The position numbers and the translations under genes are program-made. Below the pieces are notes generated by a model. It was not told the origin of the DNA. It did not search any database and saw only the letters and a list, made by a program, of their open reading frames with translations. A DNA stretch of 52,683 nucleotides, filler included, from Bipalium vagum (taxonomy: Eukaryota), in the NCBI GenBank assembly GCA_037834085.1. It is 3 parts of 3 records of this genome, joined end to end, with 100 filler letters (N's around TTAATTAATTAA, not from the genome) between each part and the next. Parts side by side here need not be neighbours in the genome. Positions count along the whole stretch, not along the records: positions 33,878 to 52,683 come from JBBMKC010018730.1; 2 more parts are not named here. One strand, 5' to 3'. Below are positions 37,693-50,749 of this stretch, piece after piece (position 1 is the first letter of the stretch; each line of letters begins with the position of its first letter).

Positions 37693-39634
37693 CACTAGAA
37701 ACCCGACGCGCCTCAATTGACGCATTTGTATACTAAAACGCTTTTATCTTTAAAACCGTATATATAAAAATTTTTTAAAAAATTGAGTTTATTTATTTTA
37801 TCAACATTTAACTATTTTTGAAGACTTTTATGAAATATCATTTGTAGTTTTCATAAAAATGCGTCACTACCTATAAACACGAATGGCGTCAATTGACGCT
37901 TCTATAATTTTTTTAATAAACCTGTATAAATTTATTAAAAAATATATATGATCGAACTTTAATTGATTTGGTTATATTTTTGTTTCAATATTAAAAAAAA
38001 ATTACAAATTTTATATCTTTTCGAAAGCAATACTGAAATTGAGAGGTATTCCACTTGACCAATCTGATGATGACCGTGACAATAATTTTGAAATGGATGA
38101 TTATGAAATCATATCTATTTCAAGTGAATCAAGCCAGTCAAGCAATAAGGACAATGATGTGGAAACTTCAAGATTCATGAAGAGTAAAGATGGCACCCAA
38201 TGGCATTTGTTGAAGGCAGGAGTAGCAACTTGCGGAAAGAAAAAAATTTCAAAATTTGAATCGCTTCAACCCGGGTCCGACGTCATATTTCTCAACGAGA
38301 ATAAAAGAAGGGATTCATATTTCAGAATTTCGATTATTTTTCAGTGAAGCAATGATGCGAAATATATTTAAATGTACAATTGCAGAAGCGCAAAGGAATA
38401 ATAACACATTGGCAATAACATTGCATGATTTAGACAAATTACTTGGTCTTATTATTGCTAGAGGAGTAGTTGGAGGAAGAAATTTAATGATAGCACATAT
38501 GTGGGATAAATCTCGGGGGTGTCCATTATTTAACAAAACTCTGACACGGGATAAATTTTCAGATATAATGAAAAGCCTACAATTTGATATCAAAAGTGAA
38601 AGGAGAAAGAATTTGGAAACAGATAAGTTTTGTTTAGTTTCTAACCTATGGAATTCATTTATAGCTTATATTCCTCATGAGAATATTACAATTGACGAGC
38701 AGTTATTATCTTTTATGGCTAGGTTTAAATTTATCCATTATATGTGAAACAAGCCTGATAAAAAAATTAAAATTTTCGCTTGCTGTTGATGTTCAAAGCA
38801 AATATTTATGCAATGGCTTTCCATACCTAGGCAAAAATAAAACAAGATCACCAATTGATTCTTTACCCACTGCTGTTGTACTAAAATTAATGAGTCTCTT
38901 TGTCAACCGAGAATGTAACGTCATTTGTGACAATTACTTTATCTCCTTGACTTTTGCTCAAAATTTACTGATGAAAAAAACTAGAACTGTTGATACAATT
39001 CGTTAAAATAGAAGAGAATTGCATGAATTAATAAAGTTAAAAAAGCCTCTTCATGATACATTAATAAGAGAAACATCGAATCATATAACTTTAATGTTAT
39101 ATCAGTGCAAAACAATTAAATCTGTTGCTATTTTGAGCACCGTACATTCTGATGCCATTATTTCAAGGGTATCTAATCCTAAGAAAAATCCAGAAACTTT
39201 TTTATTTTATAACAAGAACAAATTTAGAGTTGATGTCAATGTCAAGGACATATTCCACAAGACATAGTAGTTGAAGATGGTATTTTGTAATGTTGTGGAC
39301 CTCTCCTTGATAAATGCTTGGATAGCTTATAAAAGCGTGTGCAAAAGCAAAATTTCTTGTCGACAGTTTATCCATAAAGTTTGTAAAGACCTCACAGGAC
39401 ATTGTTTATTAGATAAAAACCCGAAGGACAATAATGACGATGACTCCGATCTATCTGAAACGTAGAAAATGAATACATGTGTAACAACTAAATGCAGAAA
39501 TAGAAAAACAGGTCGATGTCAGATGTGCAATAAAGCGATTTGTGGAAAGTGTTCAATAAAAAATGCAAAGGATGTTTTGAAATAAAAATTAATGTAAAAC
39601 GTCAGTTGACGCACTTTGTGTTTGTAGGCTGTTT
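37693..39634 (+). mobile_element. Decayed piggyBac transposon (PGBD4-like)
   Basis: TTAA|CACTAGAA left end with gcgtcaattgacgc subterminal palindromes (37710, 37885) and an inverted copy at 39600-39634. Catalytic motifs TIDEQL, CDNYF, RVDV; INAWIAY; C-terminal Cys-rich CRN..GRCQMCNKAICGKC. Frameshifted; outer right TIR not seen. Confidence 0.93.
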
Positions 39635-39714
39635 ATTTTTGTTAGATAGATATGTTTCTGATATTTAAATGATACATGAAATGAAAAATATTCAAAATTT
39701 AACTTTAAGAAAAA

Positions 39715-40525
39715 AACTTGAAAGACCAATTGTAAAATTAATTATGAAAGGTAAAGTTGTATTTTTTCATTGTTTATTGAAAGTAAAAAAGAATTAAAAG
39801 CAGAAATTAAAAAACAATTAGCACATTAACTTCATAAAGAATTTGGAAAACCTAAATAATTTTTTAAAGTTAAAGTTAATAATAAAGATAATATATTTTG
39901 TCAGCAGACTTAGTATTTGTACCTGGAAAAAAAATTTTAAAATAATTTTAAGTTATTGATTTATACACAAAATGCTTTTGCTTTTCCTTTAAAAAATAAA
40001 ACTAGAAAATCTATAACACATGTATTTGATGAAATATTTTGGAGATAGACAGAGAAAACCAGAAAAACTTTGGATTGATAAAATTACTGAATATTACTAA
40101 AAGTACTTTCTGATGATAATGAAATATAAATCTACTAAACAGAGAACAGTAAAGCAGCTGCAATAGAAAAATTTAATAAAAATTTTAAGTATATGATGTT
40201 TAAGAAATTTACAGAACAAGGTAAAAGAAAATGGTTATACTTATTATGAAATGTAAAAGTTTTTATAATAATCGACCACATTCATCAATCGGAGTTACTC
40301 CTGTAGAAGCAACCCCAAACAATAAAAATTTAAAACGAAAAATAATGAAAGTGACAATATTAATCCAGTGAAGTTGGCAGAACCTTTGGCTAACCCATTA
40401 ACTTTGAAACCAAAATCTAATATTGGAGATCATGTAATAACTTTTATATATAAAAATAAATTCGAAAAAGTATATACAGCAAAATGGACTAACGAAATTT
40501 TTATTGTTAATAAAACAACGCAGTG
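39715..40525 (+). mobile_element. Polinton/Maverick-type retroviral-like integrase relic
   Basis: QLAH*LHK...KVKVNNKDNI..ADLV, PLKNKT, KAAAIEKFNKNFK.MMFKKFTEQGKRKW, YNNRPHSSIGVTPVEA, KSNIGDHV, FEKVYTAKWTNEIFIV. Confidence 0.88.
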
Positions 40526-40999
40526 ATCATCTTTAACTGCAACTGAGACATTCCTTCGTCAGATGAATACTGACATTTATACCTTAAACAAGAAAATTTT
40601 ATAAGTGAGACTTAACTTTAGTCCATCACAGCACAACTTAATTCTAAATTATTTGTATAAAACTGATATGATCAAGTCAAGATTTATACGTTTTTAATAA
40701 TATTAATAAAAATTTGTTAATAACAATCCCTTTAAGATCTTTAAATAACTTTTATTTTAATTTTTAATGGCATAATATATATTTATTAAGAATTGAAAAT
40801 GTGTTTAAGTATTTTTGTTCAAAAAGCATTCAACAATATATATTGTTCGTACTATGACTTATTTTTTGATATCGCTGCTAACAGTGCACTTATTTTTGAA
40901 TGAAACTTTTTATTATAATTAAGCATCGCCTGAAAAGACAATTAACCCAATCTAATAATTATTATTAATTATAAATTAACCTCTAATTTTTGGATAATT

Positions 41000-41460
41000 C
41001 ACATTAAATAATGTGTTTAAAATGTCCGCTTTTATTAAATAGCAGCTCAGGATAAAGTTATTTTCAAAACATAGCTGAAGTCTAATTATATAAAAAAGGT
41101 ATGAAGCCTTAGAGTCATTTGAAGCGTTTTTTTACATCTCCTTAATTATTTATTGAGAAAATTTGCCTGGTTAATTCATTATTTCTTACATTTCAGGCTC
41201 ATGACAAAAAGTGAGACAGGAAAACCTGTGAGTTTCCAAAGTACCTTTCAATATTTATTATAAAACTCGATAAAAGTTTTCCAGAATTAAATAAAGCATG
41301 ACATAAATTAATTACTTTCGCAAATTTGGGTAGCTTTTCAATGTTCCGCACTGTCTTGTACTGACTGTCAAATGACATTAATACAAATAATCTTTGGCAT
41401 TTTTTCATGTCTAAGAGGACGAGGAATTTCTACTAGCCAATCATTGTGAAGATTGCATTT
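41000..41460 (+). promoter_or_regulatory. Orphan copy of the GPCR upstream region, with no coding sequence following
   Basis: 41325-41455 aligns with 44000-44135 (attaatacaaata, atttct.c.a.ccaatcat.gt..agattg). 41095-41360 aligns inverted with 49255-49497, and 41005-41060 inverted with 50690-50745. The regulatory role is inferred. Confidence 0.6.
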
Positions 41461-43540
41461 CTTCTAGAACAGATTCTTTTCTGGCAGGTATTATGTCACA
41501 GAAGAAAGTTTTATGAGATTATGAGTCAAATTTAAATACTGAGGAAAGTAATTTTTTATTAAATTTAATAAAAACTTTTCAAATAAATAAAAATAACAAA
41601 AGAAAAATGAAGCTTTGGATAATGGGCTTAATACACCCCTTACACACTATTTGATTGAAATTATATATTTTATCGATTTTTCTTGATAAATTTGTTTGAT
41701 TAAATTTTAGGGTTGCAATTGTGGTTAAAGTGAGAATGGCGTAATTTTTTGTGATTTTTTTAAAAATTAATTAACAATTAAAAATAAAAATGAAAAATAC
41801 AATCCTTGCCTAACTGAAATTGTAAGACGTGCAGATTTTTAATGTTGAGTTCTGGTTGCAACAGCATTTATCAATTTTGCCACTAAGACGAGATGGGATA
41901 TAAATCGAGCTTGTTTGTAATATTTACATTTTTAATCTTATTTTTCGCTCCGGTGTTTTTCTTATTTGCTTACACATTATACTATGTATCCAATTGTTCA
42001 CATTATGATTAAGTATGAATTTAAGATTTTAGTCGTTATATTACCCCTCAACAATAGTCGGTGTTAATGAGAGAAAAGTAGTCAGTTCAACAATAAAACA
42101 TGTATATACACATGTATACAATTGTAAATGTTCCACAACCACCAATTTCTGTTATTTGAAATCAGACAGATCAATTCTCACTTTTAACCAATGTCACAAT
42201 ATAATATACGTAAAACGAATGTAAGTCAATGGCAATTAAAATGGATTGATAGTTTAAAAAAATAAGTTAACTCTAATAATGAAATCAGAATGAAAAGTGA
42301 CATAAAATTAGCAAATAATGAACTCTTACCTGAAAAAGAAAATTCAACCCACACTTTGATCGTTAGTTAGACGCCTCGAAATACGATTGAAAGACTTTGG
42401 AATATAACTTACCTTCCGAATAATAACTTTTTTTTTTAAAAATATGTTCAAAGAAGTTTCAATATTTCTTTAAATATTTTAACATAATTATACCTTTTTA
42501 AATTTTATTTTTTTAAATTTATTTTAGTATTAATAATTTAAATAAATTGAACTTTAAACTTAATTTATTATAATTTTATTCAACTTAATATTTGCTTAAG
42601 TTAAATTAAATAATAAAAATAATGTAAAAAGTTACAAAAAGAAGTGTGATGGTTGAGAAGAACGTAGGAGCACCAAACTGTTTAAAGCGAGGGAAAAAGT
42701 ATTTCGTCATCAAATGATTAGATGTATTGGAGGCCAAAGCTAATAGATCGATTCTATTTATTAGAATTGAATCAAGTTTGATTTTAAATGAGTTTCTCCT
42801 TGATTTTTTCCTGCATTCATTTATTTTAAAAATATTATTATCCACAATGGCTAACTCAATGTCTCCTTCTGTTTTTATAAAGAATGTGAATATTTTTTTT
42901 ATATCTTGAATGTTCAAATTTTTATTTTTAATCATACTTTTTATTCTTTATTTCATATATTTTTTATCTTTTTTCATAGAATTCATAGTTGTAAATGTAC
43001 GTTAATACTGTTTTCCTTTTTGAATTATGTTTTGAAATATAATTCATACAAAGATCACAGCACAGTGTTTCTCACACCACCCTTTTTAACAATGAAAATT
43101 TATTTTTTCAATATTATAGTTTTTAATTAAAATTTTTAAAATATTTTTATTAACCATATTTAAAAATGTATGTTTGTATTTGTATTTGTATTTTTATTAC
43201 AATTTACAAATTTTATTTTTACAATTTTTTAAAAATAATCTGAGATATAATTACAAAGAGATATTACTATTGTTTTGTTGAAGCCAAATAACACCCAAGG
43301 ATTGCTCAGGATTTTACAGGAGTATATTTTCCTTCCTACCGAAATGTCTCAAAAAAATACCAATCAGTGATGGTTGACTTTGTGTACTTTGCATTTTTTG
43401 TGTTTTCTAAATTTTTAATACATGTTGTATTTTGATATTAAAATAAAATTATTTCTAATTGTTTCTAAATCTAATTGTTTCTGTTTCGAAATGTAAAATG
43501 TGTTTTGATAATTCTATAATAGTCACAATAAATGTCAGTT

Positions 43541-43600
43541 TAAAAATGAAATGACAAAATTTAAAAATTGAATGACAAAATTTAAAAATGAATTGACAAA
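43541..43600 (+). repeat. 21-bp tandem repeat, about 3 copies
   Basis: taaaaatgaaatgacaaaatt / taaaaattgaatgacaaaatt / taaaaatgaattgacaaa. Confidence 0.85.
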
Positions 43601-44177
43601 CCCTTTACAAAATTCACATTAACATTTTTCTATCATATTTTAAAAAATAAAAGAAGGTAATTACATTTATTATTAGTGATATTAATTTTTTTATTTTATA
43701 ATGTAAAAAATGTCTTTTCATAAAAAAAATTTTAATTTTTCAAATTTTTTTTCTTTAAGAAAAATATTTTAACTTTTTTAATTTTTTAAAAACTTAAAAA
43801 AATAAAATAAATAGAGTAGAGTGGTTCATCAGTCTTTGGGGAGAGGAAATATTTGTCCTTTTATTTTTTGCGAACGTTCTGAGTTACTTCCTTTTACCTT
43901 TATTGCGTTCACATAACTATACATCAATGTTTTTCAGGTTTTCCTAATTAAACAAAGTTCTTTTAACCGATTTTTTGAAGTATTATTGTTGTTATTTACT
44001 AAGAATGGATAGTTTTACAATGCTTTATACTGTACTGGTATGATTGTAAAAAGAAATTAATACAAATATTCGCTGTCATCTTTTAATGTTCACGACGAAA
44101 TAGACATTTCTGCCAACCAATCATCGTCGAGATTGACTCCTGTTATAAAACCATTGATTCCTCTGACAATTATTTTA

Positions 44178-45138
44178 ATGGGGAACACGTTTAACGAAGA
44201 TATCTTAACTTGGTATTCCTTGAGCCTTTTGTTCTCCTATGCCGGGGTTTTTGGAAATTTGTGGTGTGGTTCAATAATAGTGTTGTCTAAATCCTTGTGG
44301 AAATCTCCTTTTTATAGAATAATCCTGGCGGTAATCATATCCGAACTCGTAACTAACGCAATTTGCATCCCCTTGAAAGCAACACAAACATACTTGAAAA
44401 TTCACAGGAATGAGACGATGGGGAACAAAGTGGGTTGCATAGTTGAAGGCACAATTTATAATGTTGCTAAATCCTTCTCGAATATGAATAAGATGATTGC
44501 AGCTGGATATCGGGCTTGGGCAATTGTGTTACCTTCAAATTATTATCTAATTTCTAACATGAGAATGGTTACAATGTTGATCCTATGCATATCCTTCGCC
44601 CCGGGATTTCTATTTTTCGTTTGTGGTATTAACACTTTTGTATGGTACTTTATACATCCAATGATAGGAGACTGTTCTGATAAATCGCTAAATTCAATGG
44701 TGGATGTAGCTCAAACTTTGCTTCTCTTCCTTTTCCCAATAATCCTAAGCTTTTTATTCTATATTTCCATCATAGTCAAACTTGTGATGGTAAGATCCGA
44801 TTTGAATATGCGAAACAATACACTAAAAAGAGCCAGAAGTAGTTTGGGTTTTGGGCTAAGTATGCTGTTATACTCCATATTTGTTATTGTTCATTGGACA
44901 ACTTATAGAAAGAATTTTCGAACAGCCATGTGGTTAAGGTTTACCATTAGAGCATCCTATGGGATATCACCGGTGAGCAAGCTTAGTATACAATTTAATT
45001 ATATACCATTATTATTTTTTTCAGATGTTGTACATAATCTTCGACAAAAATGTGATAAAAAATTCCAAGGATTTTATGAAAAACACATCGAAACGTTTAT
45101 TTGGCAAGGTCTCGGAAAATCCGACCTCTTCAAAGTGA
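44178..45138 (+). CDS. Divergent rhodopsin-class (family A) 7TM GPCR, 302 aa; exons 44178-44972 and 45025-45138
   Basis: ATG at 44178; GN in TM1 (GVFGNL), Cys at the top of TM3 (GCIVEG), GYRAWA at the DRY position, FP in TM5. Removing a 52-nt GT-AG intron (44973-45024) yields SYGISP|MLYIIFDKNV (NPxxY-like SPMLY) and a stop at 45136-45138. Confidence 0.88.
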
Positions 45139-46094
45139 ACTCTGCACTATCATTCACTCTTCGATCCTTATCTTTATTATTTCTGAAAACATTTTAAAAT
45201 TTATTTCAATGAAGAGAAAAGTTTTTATTTTTTGTCAATTGTAAACATATGGAAATATACTTTGAACTGAACGTTTGGTCTCCCCTGAAAACCATGGGAA
45301 CATTTTTGTGGTTGAGATATTACAATTTTAGAAATCCTTTGGACTTTGATCCCAGCCTGGAAAATGTAATTTGTCTATTTTATTATTATTTTTTTTGGGG
45401 GGGGGCCATAATTGATTTTGGAACGCTTTATTTAAAATGACACATTATTTCACTTCGTAATAAAAGTTTTCTTCATTGATTTCTTATCAGATATTTTCAT
45501 CTGTGATTTTAACTTTTATGTTTGTGATGTTATACAATCATGTACTACCTTCATCTCTCCGTCTAAACAAACACGGGGATATTTTCGTTGATTGAACTGA
45601 CTTTCGAGTTTATGCTTGCAACTGTTAAATTTTTAAGTTGTTTATAAAATATTTTAATAAGGTTCCTAAAAATGATTTTCAACTGCCCCTCATCTTTTTC
45701 CATTTATCAATATCTTATATTCTTCATACTTAATTTAAAATCATAAAAGTTTTCACCAGAAAAACAAACCATTTTGTTCTTTTATTGTTTTAAAATGTCT
45801 AAAAATATTTTATTTTGGATCGCTATTATTACAAAGTATCTCGAAATGTATTTTGAAGATTCCTATAGAAGATTCTAGATAGCCGTCGTATTAACATTAA
45901 TCCTCGTATAACCCACAGTATAAGGTTTTTAATAATTTATTAATGACTTCACAAATAATAAATATTCAATCAAATTTAAATAATCCATGGAAATTCTATA
46001 TTAATATCAATTATATATATATAGTAACCGCTCGATATAAGCAATAAAATGAACCAAATAAATTTCTTATCTCGAATTTTTATTTTTGAATAAA

Positions 46095-46590
46095 AACCAC
46101 GTATAAAACTACAATACAGCCTTCTCTCGAATTCTAAAGTCCATGGGCAACGGTTATGGATTTCTCATTGCTTAAGTGTAAATGAAAAAAAGCGCAGATT
46201 GTTGACTTGTTCTTTTATTCTTCAAAGATTCAATAACGATAATTTTTTAAAAAGAATTGTAACAGGAGATGAGAAGTGGGTGTGATACGTTAACATGAAA
46301 AGAGAAAAGCAATTACTTACGCCTGGCCAGAAGCCGATACCCACTGCCAAACCAAACCTTCATCCTCGCTGAATTATGATGTCTGTTTGGTGGGATTATC
46401 GTGGAATAATATATTAAAAATTTTTACCACCTAACATAACTATAACAGGACAGGTTTATTGTGACTAATTAGGAAGACTTGAGGTGGAATTTAAAAATTC
46501 CAGACCAGGATTGATAAACAGAAAGAACGTCATCATTCAACATTACAATTCCAGACCCCATATTTCAAAATTCGTACAAGAAAAATTAAA
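46095..46590 (+). mobile_element. Mariner transposase central fragment (cecropia-like)
   Basis: WISHCLS...FLKRIVTGDEKWV*YVN...AKPNLHPR*IMMSVWWDYRGIIY...RPGLINRKNVIIQHYNSRPH. Confidence 0.92.
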
Positions 46591-46639
46591 TTAAATTAAA
46601 ATTAAAACAAACTTTTATTTATTATGATTACAAAAATCA

Positions 46640-48440
46640 TCATTTTATTTCACTTACAAAAATAGCAATTTTTTTTTAAATCAAGAAAATATTGTCAGGA
46701 TTGTTTAATTGGATTTCAAAATTAGCATACATGCAAAACAACTAATTGTAAATCTTATAGAAATAAAAATGTTTGTGATATTTATAATGAAAAATACTTT
46801 AAATCATATCAAAACAAAAGTGGTTTTGAAAGTTGCCTAATTTGTACTGAACAATACAAACCTCCATTCAATAATCACAAATGTTATTTAAAAAATAATG
46901 ATGGAAAATTTAAAATAAATAATAAATATTCATTTTTTGATTTGAAGCAACACAAGAAACATTTGGTTATCTTTAAATGAATTATACAATTGTTTATGAT
47001 TCAGAAAGAAAAATATATTTTAAAATACAAACAAACATAATATCATATTTTAAACATATTACTGAAAATTTAGAAAATTTACCAATTGAAAATATTTTAG
47101 ATAATATAGAATTTTTAGAAGAAATAATAATTGAAAATTCAATTTCTTTAATTGATACTTTTTGTAAATTCTTTATTTGTAAATATTTTGAAAAATATAC
47201 TTTTATAGCACATTATGGAAAAGGATATGATAACCATCAAATATTAGGTTGGTTAATTTTAGAGATTTATTTTTAAATATAAATATTTCAAATGACCGCG
47301 TTTTAAATATGAATCATTTTCAATTTATGACAATAGCACAAATCTTTACATAAATATTTATATCCATGATAAATAATGAAGAAATTGGAATACCGAGATT
47401 AATTAATTTTGAAGATATATATTCTTATAAATGAATTTATCGGAAAAATACACAGCTTCGTTGCTAGATTCGAAAAAGACTCATTTAAGTTAAATTAATA
47501 ATATAAAACGAGCTCTGCTCTATGAAGCCGTAATACTTGCATTCAACATGCAAAATGAGGAGGAGAAAACACAATTAGAGCTAATAATAAAACATATAAA
47601 GTTGATGGTTATTATTATGATCAAACTACTAAAACTTATTATCTTTGTGAATTTAATGGTTTTTTATGGTTGTTTAAAATGTTATAATAAAGATGAAGTT
47701 TGTAAAAAAAGAAATAAAACAATGGAATTTTTAAATAATCGAACTTTAGAAAAAAAGAATAATCTTATAAAATATTTTAAAGATACAAATTCAAATTTAG
47801 AATTTATAGCATTATGTGAATGTGAATGTGAAAAGCTTTTAGAAAATTCTGGTTTTAAAAATTTCAAAATTGATCCACAATTATCTAACCTAAATTTAAA
47901 AGAAAAATTTTATGAAGGAAGAACCAAACCTATTTAATTATATCATAAAAGTGAAAGTGAAAAAAATTTGTTGATTTTGTATCTTTGTATCCAACAGTAA
48001 ATAAATACGATGAATATCCAATTGGACACCATATAAAAATATTTAATATTTCACCTGAAGAATATTTAAATAAAAATTGCAGCAAAGCCTTTGGAGTTAT
48101 AAAATGTCAAATTTTAACACCAAGAAATTTACATTTACCTGTCTTACCTTATAAACAAGAATAGAAAATGCTCACAAATTATTATTTGGATTAAGTAAAA
48201 CATGTATCGATAAAATAAATATTAATTGTAATCACTATGTCAAAAGCAGTTTTTGTCTAAATATTGAAATTTCTGATCACAAAAAAAAATAGATGCAAAA
48301 TTTGTATAAATAATAAATATAACTTAATTCATGCCAAAAGAAATTGTAAAATATGTTCTAATTTTAGAAATAAAAATGTAATCATAATGATGAAGATCTT
48401 TAATAGAAACATGGTCAACTATTGAAATAGATAAAGCTTT
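46640..48440 (+). mobile_element. Polinton/Maverick protein-primed DNA polymerase B relic with Vsr-like insert
   Basis: Cys-rich N-terminus (HKCY), FFD.EATQE (ExoI), FIAHYGKGYD (ExoII), IQHAK*GGE...YKVDGY...EFNG...GCLKCY, FYEGRT, DFVSLYPTVNKYDEYPIGH (motif A), FGVIKCQILTPRNLHLPVLP, TWSTIEIDKAL. Confidence 0.9.
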
Positions 48441-48599
48441 GTATTTACTCTTCTTTAAAAAAATAAAATATATCAAACAATTACAGATTCTTTTGATGAA
48501 ATATTTGGTGACATTATATTAAAATTCTGAATCTGCAAATGTAGTCAACAGCAACTACATAAAGATGTCAATATTGACATTAATGAACTTTTGAATTAA

Positions 48600-49240
48600 T
48601 AGCGGTCAAGTAAAAAACAATACGCGCACAGTAAATGAACAAACCCAAAGTACCCATAGCTCTCTTTATTATATTCTTTCTCAAATTCAAATCGGATCTT
48701 ATCGTCAAAAAATTTGATTATAATGGACATACAGCATAAAAAACCGATGATTATTGGGATGATTAAAAGACGCACATATTCCCCGCAATAATTGGTGATA
48801 TTTGAGTCAGTAACTAAAAACCGGATTTACAACGTACCACATAATGTACGAAGAATAGGGACCCCGGTGCCAAAGGTATGCTTCAGATCAAGATTGTCAC
48901 TACTCTTATATTGGAAATTAGATGATATTTTGAGGGGAGCACAATGACCCATGCTCGATATCCAGCCCCCATCATCTTATTCATATTTGACATTACAAAA
49001 GTTACATGAAAATTGTTCCTTCACCCATGCATTCAACGTCGTTCCCCATCGTCCGATTCATATTTTTTTCAATTAGTTTTGTGTGGATTCGAAATGAAAT
49101 CGGGAATGAAATCGGGCTAGAAATGAAATCGGGCATGATTATCGCCAGAATTATTCTATAAAATGGAGATGTTCCTAAAAACTTTAAAAAACTATTAACG
49201 AACCACTCCACAAATTTTCAAAAACTCCAGAAAAGGATAT
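48600..49240 (-). pseudogene. GPCR pseudogene, paralog of 44178-45138
   Basis: SFSGVFENLWSGS, SPFYRIILAII, TMGNDVECMGEGTIF, NMNKMMGAGYRAWVIVLPSKYHLISNIRVV, IRSDLNLRKNIIKRA; frameshifts and stops; start region deleted. Confidence 0.92.
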
Positions 49241-49497
49241 TGTAATGCTTAACATGACAGCGCAAAGCATCGCAAATGTTATCCAAAGTTGTGAAAGTAA
49301 TTAATTTATGTCATGTCTTATTTAATATGTAAAACTTTTTCATTAAATATTAAAAGATAATTTTAAAAGTCACAGGTTTTCCTGTCTCTTTTTTGTCTTG
49401 AAACTGGAATGTAATAAATATTAATTAATTTTTTAACCTGCTCAGAAAATAATAAGGTTGAAAGAATCGACTTTCACAATGACTTCGAAACTCTGTA

Positions 49498-50665
49498 CCC
49501 CGTCTAATAATTAGGCGCACTTAAATAAAACTATTTTTATCAAAGCACAATAAGTTAAGTAGTCTTTTATTAATTTCGTAATATTTAATATTAGTAAACA
49601 AAATTAACAAATTGTTTAAACATTTTAAATTAATTTACTTAAAGAAAATTAAATTCAAAGCCAGAATAAGGAAAAAAGGTGTCTAGTATTTTTGACGCAC
49701 TTAATGTAACTTTATTTGTTTTAGATATTATCCATTTCCAAAAAGTCAGATAAAAAATTTATCAAGGTAATTTAAAGTTTGTAAAGTAAAGTAAATATTT
49801 TTCCAAGTAAATATTGGAAAAAGAAAGTCGCTATCAGATTATGGAAAAGATAAAATAGAGGCTTTTCATAGTGAAAATCTTTCAAATAGAGCCATTGCAA
49901 ATAAAATTAACCAATCCGAACATTCCATCAGATCATATTTGAAGAGTAAAGCTTGTATGATATCAATAAAGAGAAAAAGGGGACCAAAAGTGAAGATTAA
50001 TGATAGACTAAAAAGAAGAAGAATCATTAAAGGGTGCCAAAAAATTATCAGGTTAGTTTAGATTAAGGGTAATTTAAACTTAGACATATGTCTAGAGTCA
50101 AAAAGAACAGTATTGAATGAATATCCGAGCACTTAATTACGACATATGAAGAAAAAAGTGGTTCTTACCTCTAAGCATAAGAAACAAACACTGAAATGGG
50201 CAGAAGAGAAAGCTTGTTATAATGAAGAATGGAAAAGAATCATCTGGAGTGATGAAAAATATTTTTTTCTTGATGGATCAGATGGTTTTTCTTTTTACTG
50301 GCATGATTTAATAAAGGAACAATATTTTTTCAAAGCGTCATTTTGGAGAAGGATCGATTATAATTTGGAGCTGCTTCAATTATCATGGAAAATCTTCATT
50401 GGTCTTTATTTCTCAAAGCATGGATGAATTTGCACTTGAAGATGTTTTAGAGAATCATTTCTTTCTATTTAAGAATGCATTTGGTGACAAAAATTCGATA
50501 TTTAATTATAATTATAATATAATAATAATCATTTATAATAATAATAATCATTTATAAATGATATAAAATAATTATTAGAATAGAAATATATTATTATTTC
50601 TATTATAAATTTCTATATTCTCTTGTCTATGCTGATTTTTATAATGCGCCTTAAATTATTTATTG
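49498..50665 (+). mobile_element. Tc1/Tc3-like (DD34E) transposon relic inserted in the GPCR-paralog upstream region
   Basis: TA|CCCCGTCTAATAATTAGGCGCAC left end, inner repeat at 49681, degenerate right end tgcgccttaaattatt ~50645. SNRAIANKIN, WKRIIWSDEKYFFLDGSDGFSFYWHDL, RHFGEGSIIIWSCF. Confidence 0.88.
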
Positions 50666-50749
50666 ATATTTTAATTTTGTTAAGGGAACGATAATATCTT
50701 GAATTGCGATAAAATAAACGGAGCGATTTTTAATGCATTATTTTTTTCA

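Noticed and set aside
44133-45197. 354-aa single-exon ORF as given in the ORF track
   Set aside because: It starts at TTG and reads through an intron. The spliced ATG-44178 model gives better TM7/helix-8 motifs.
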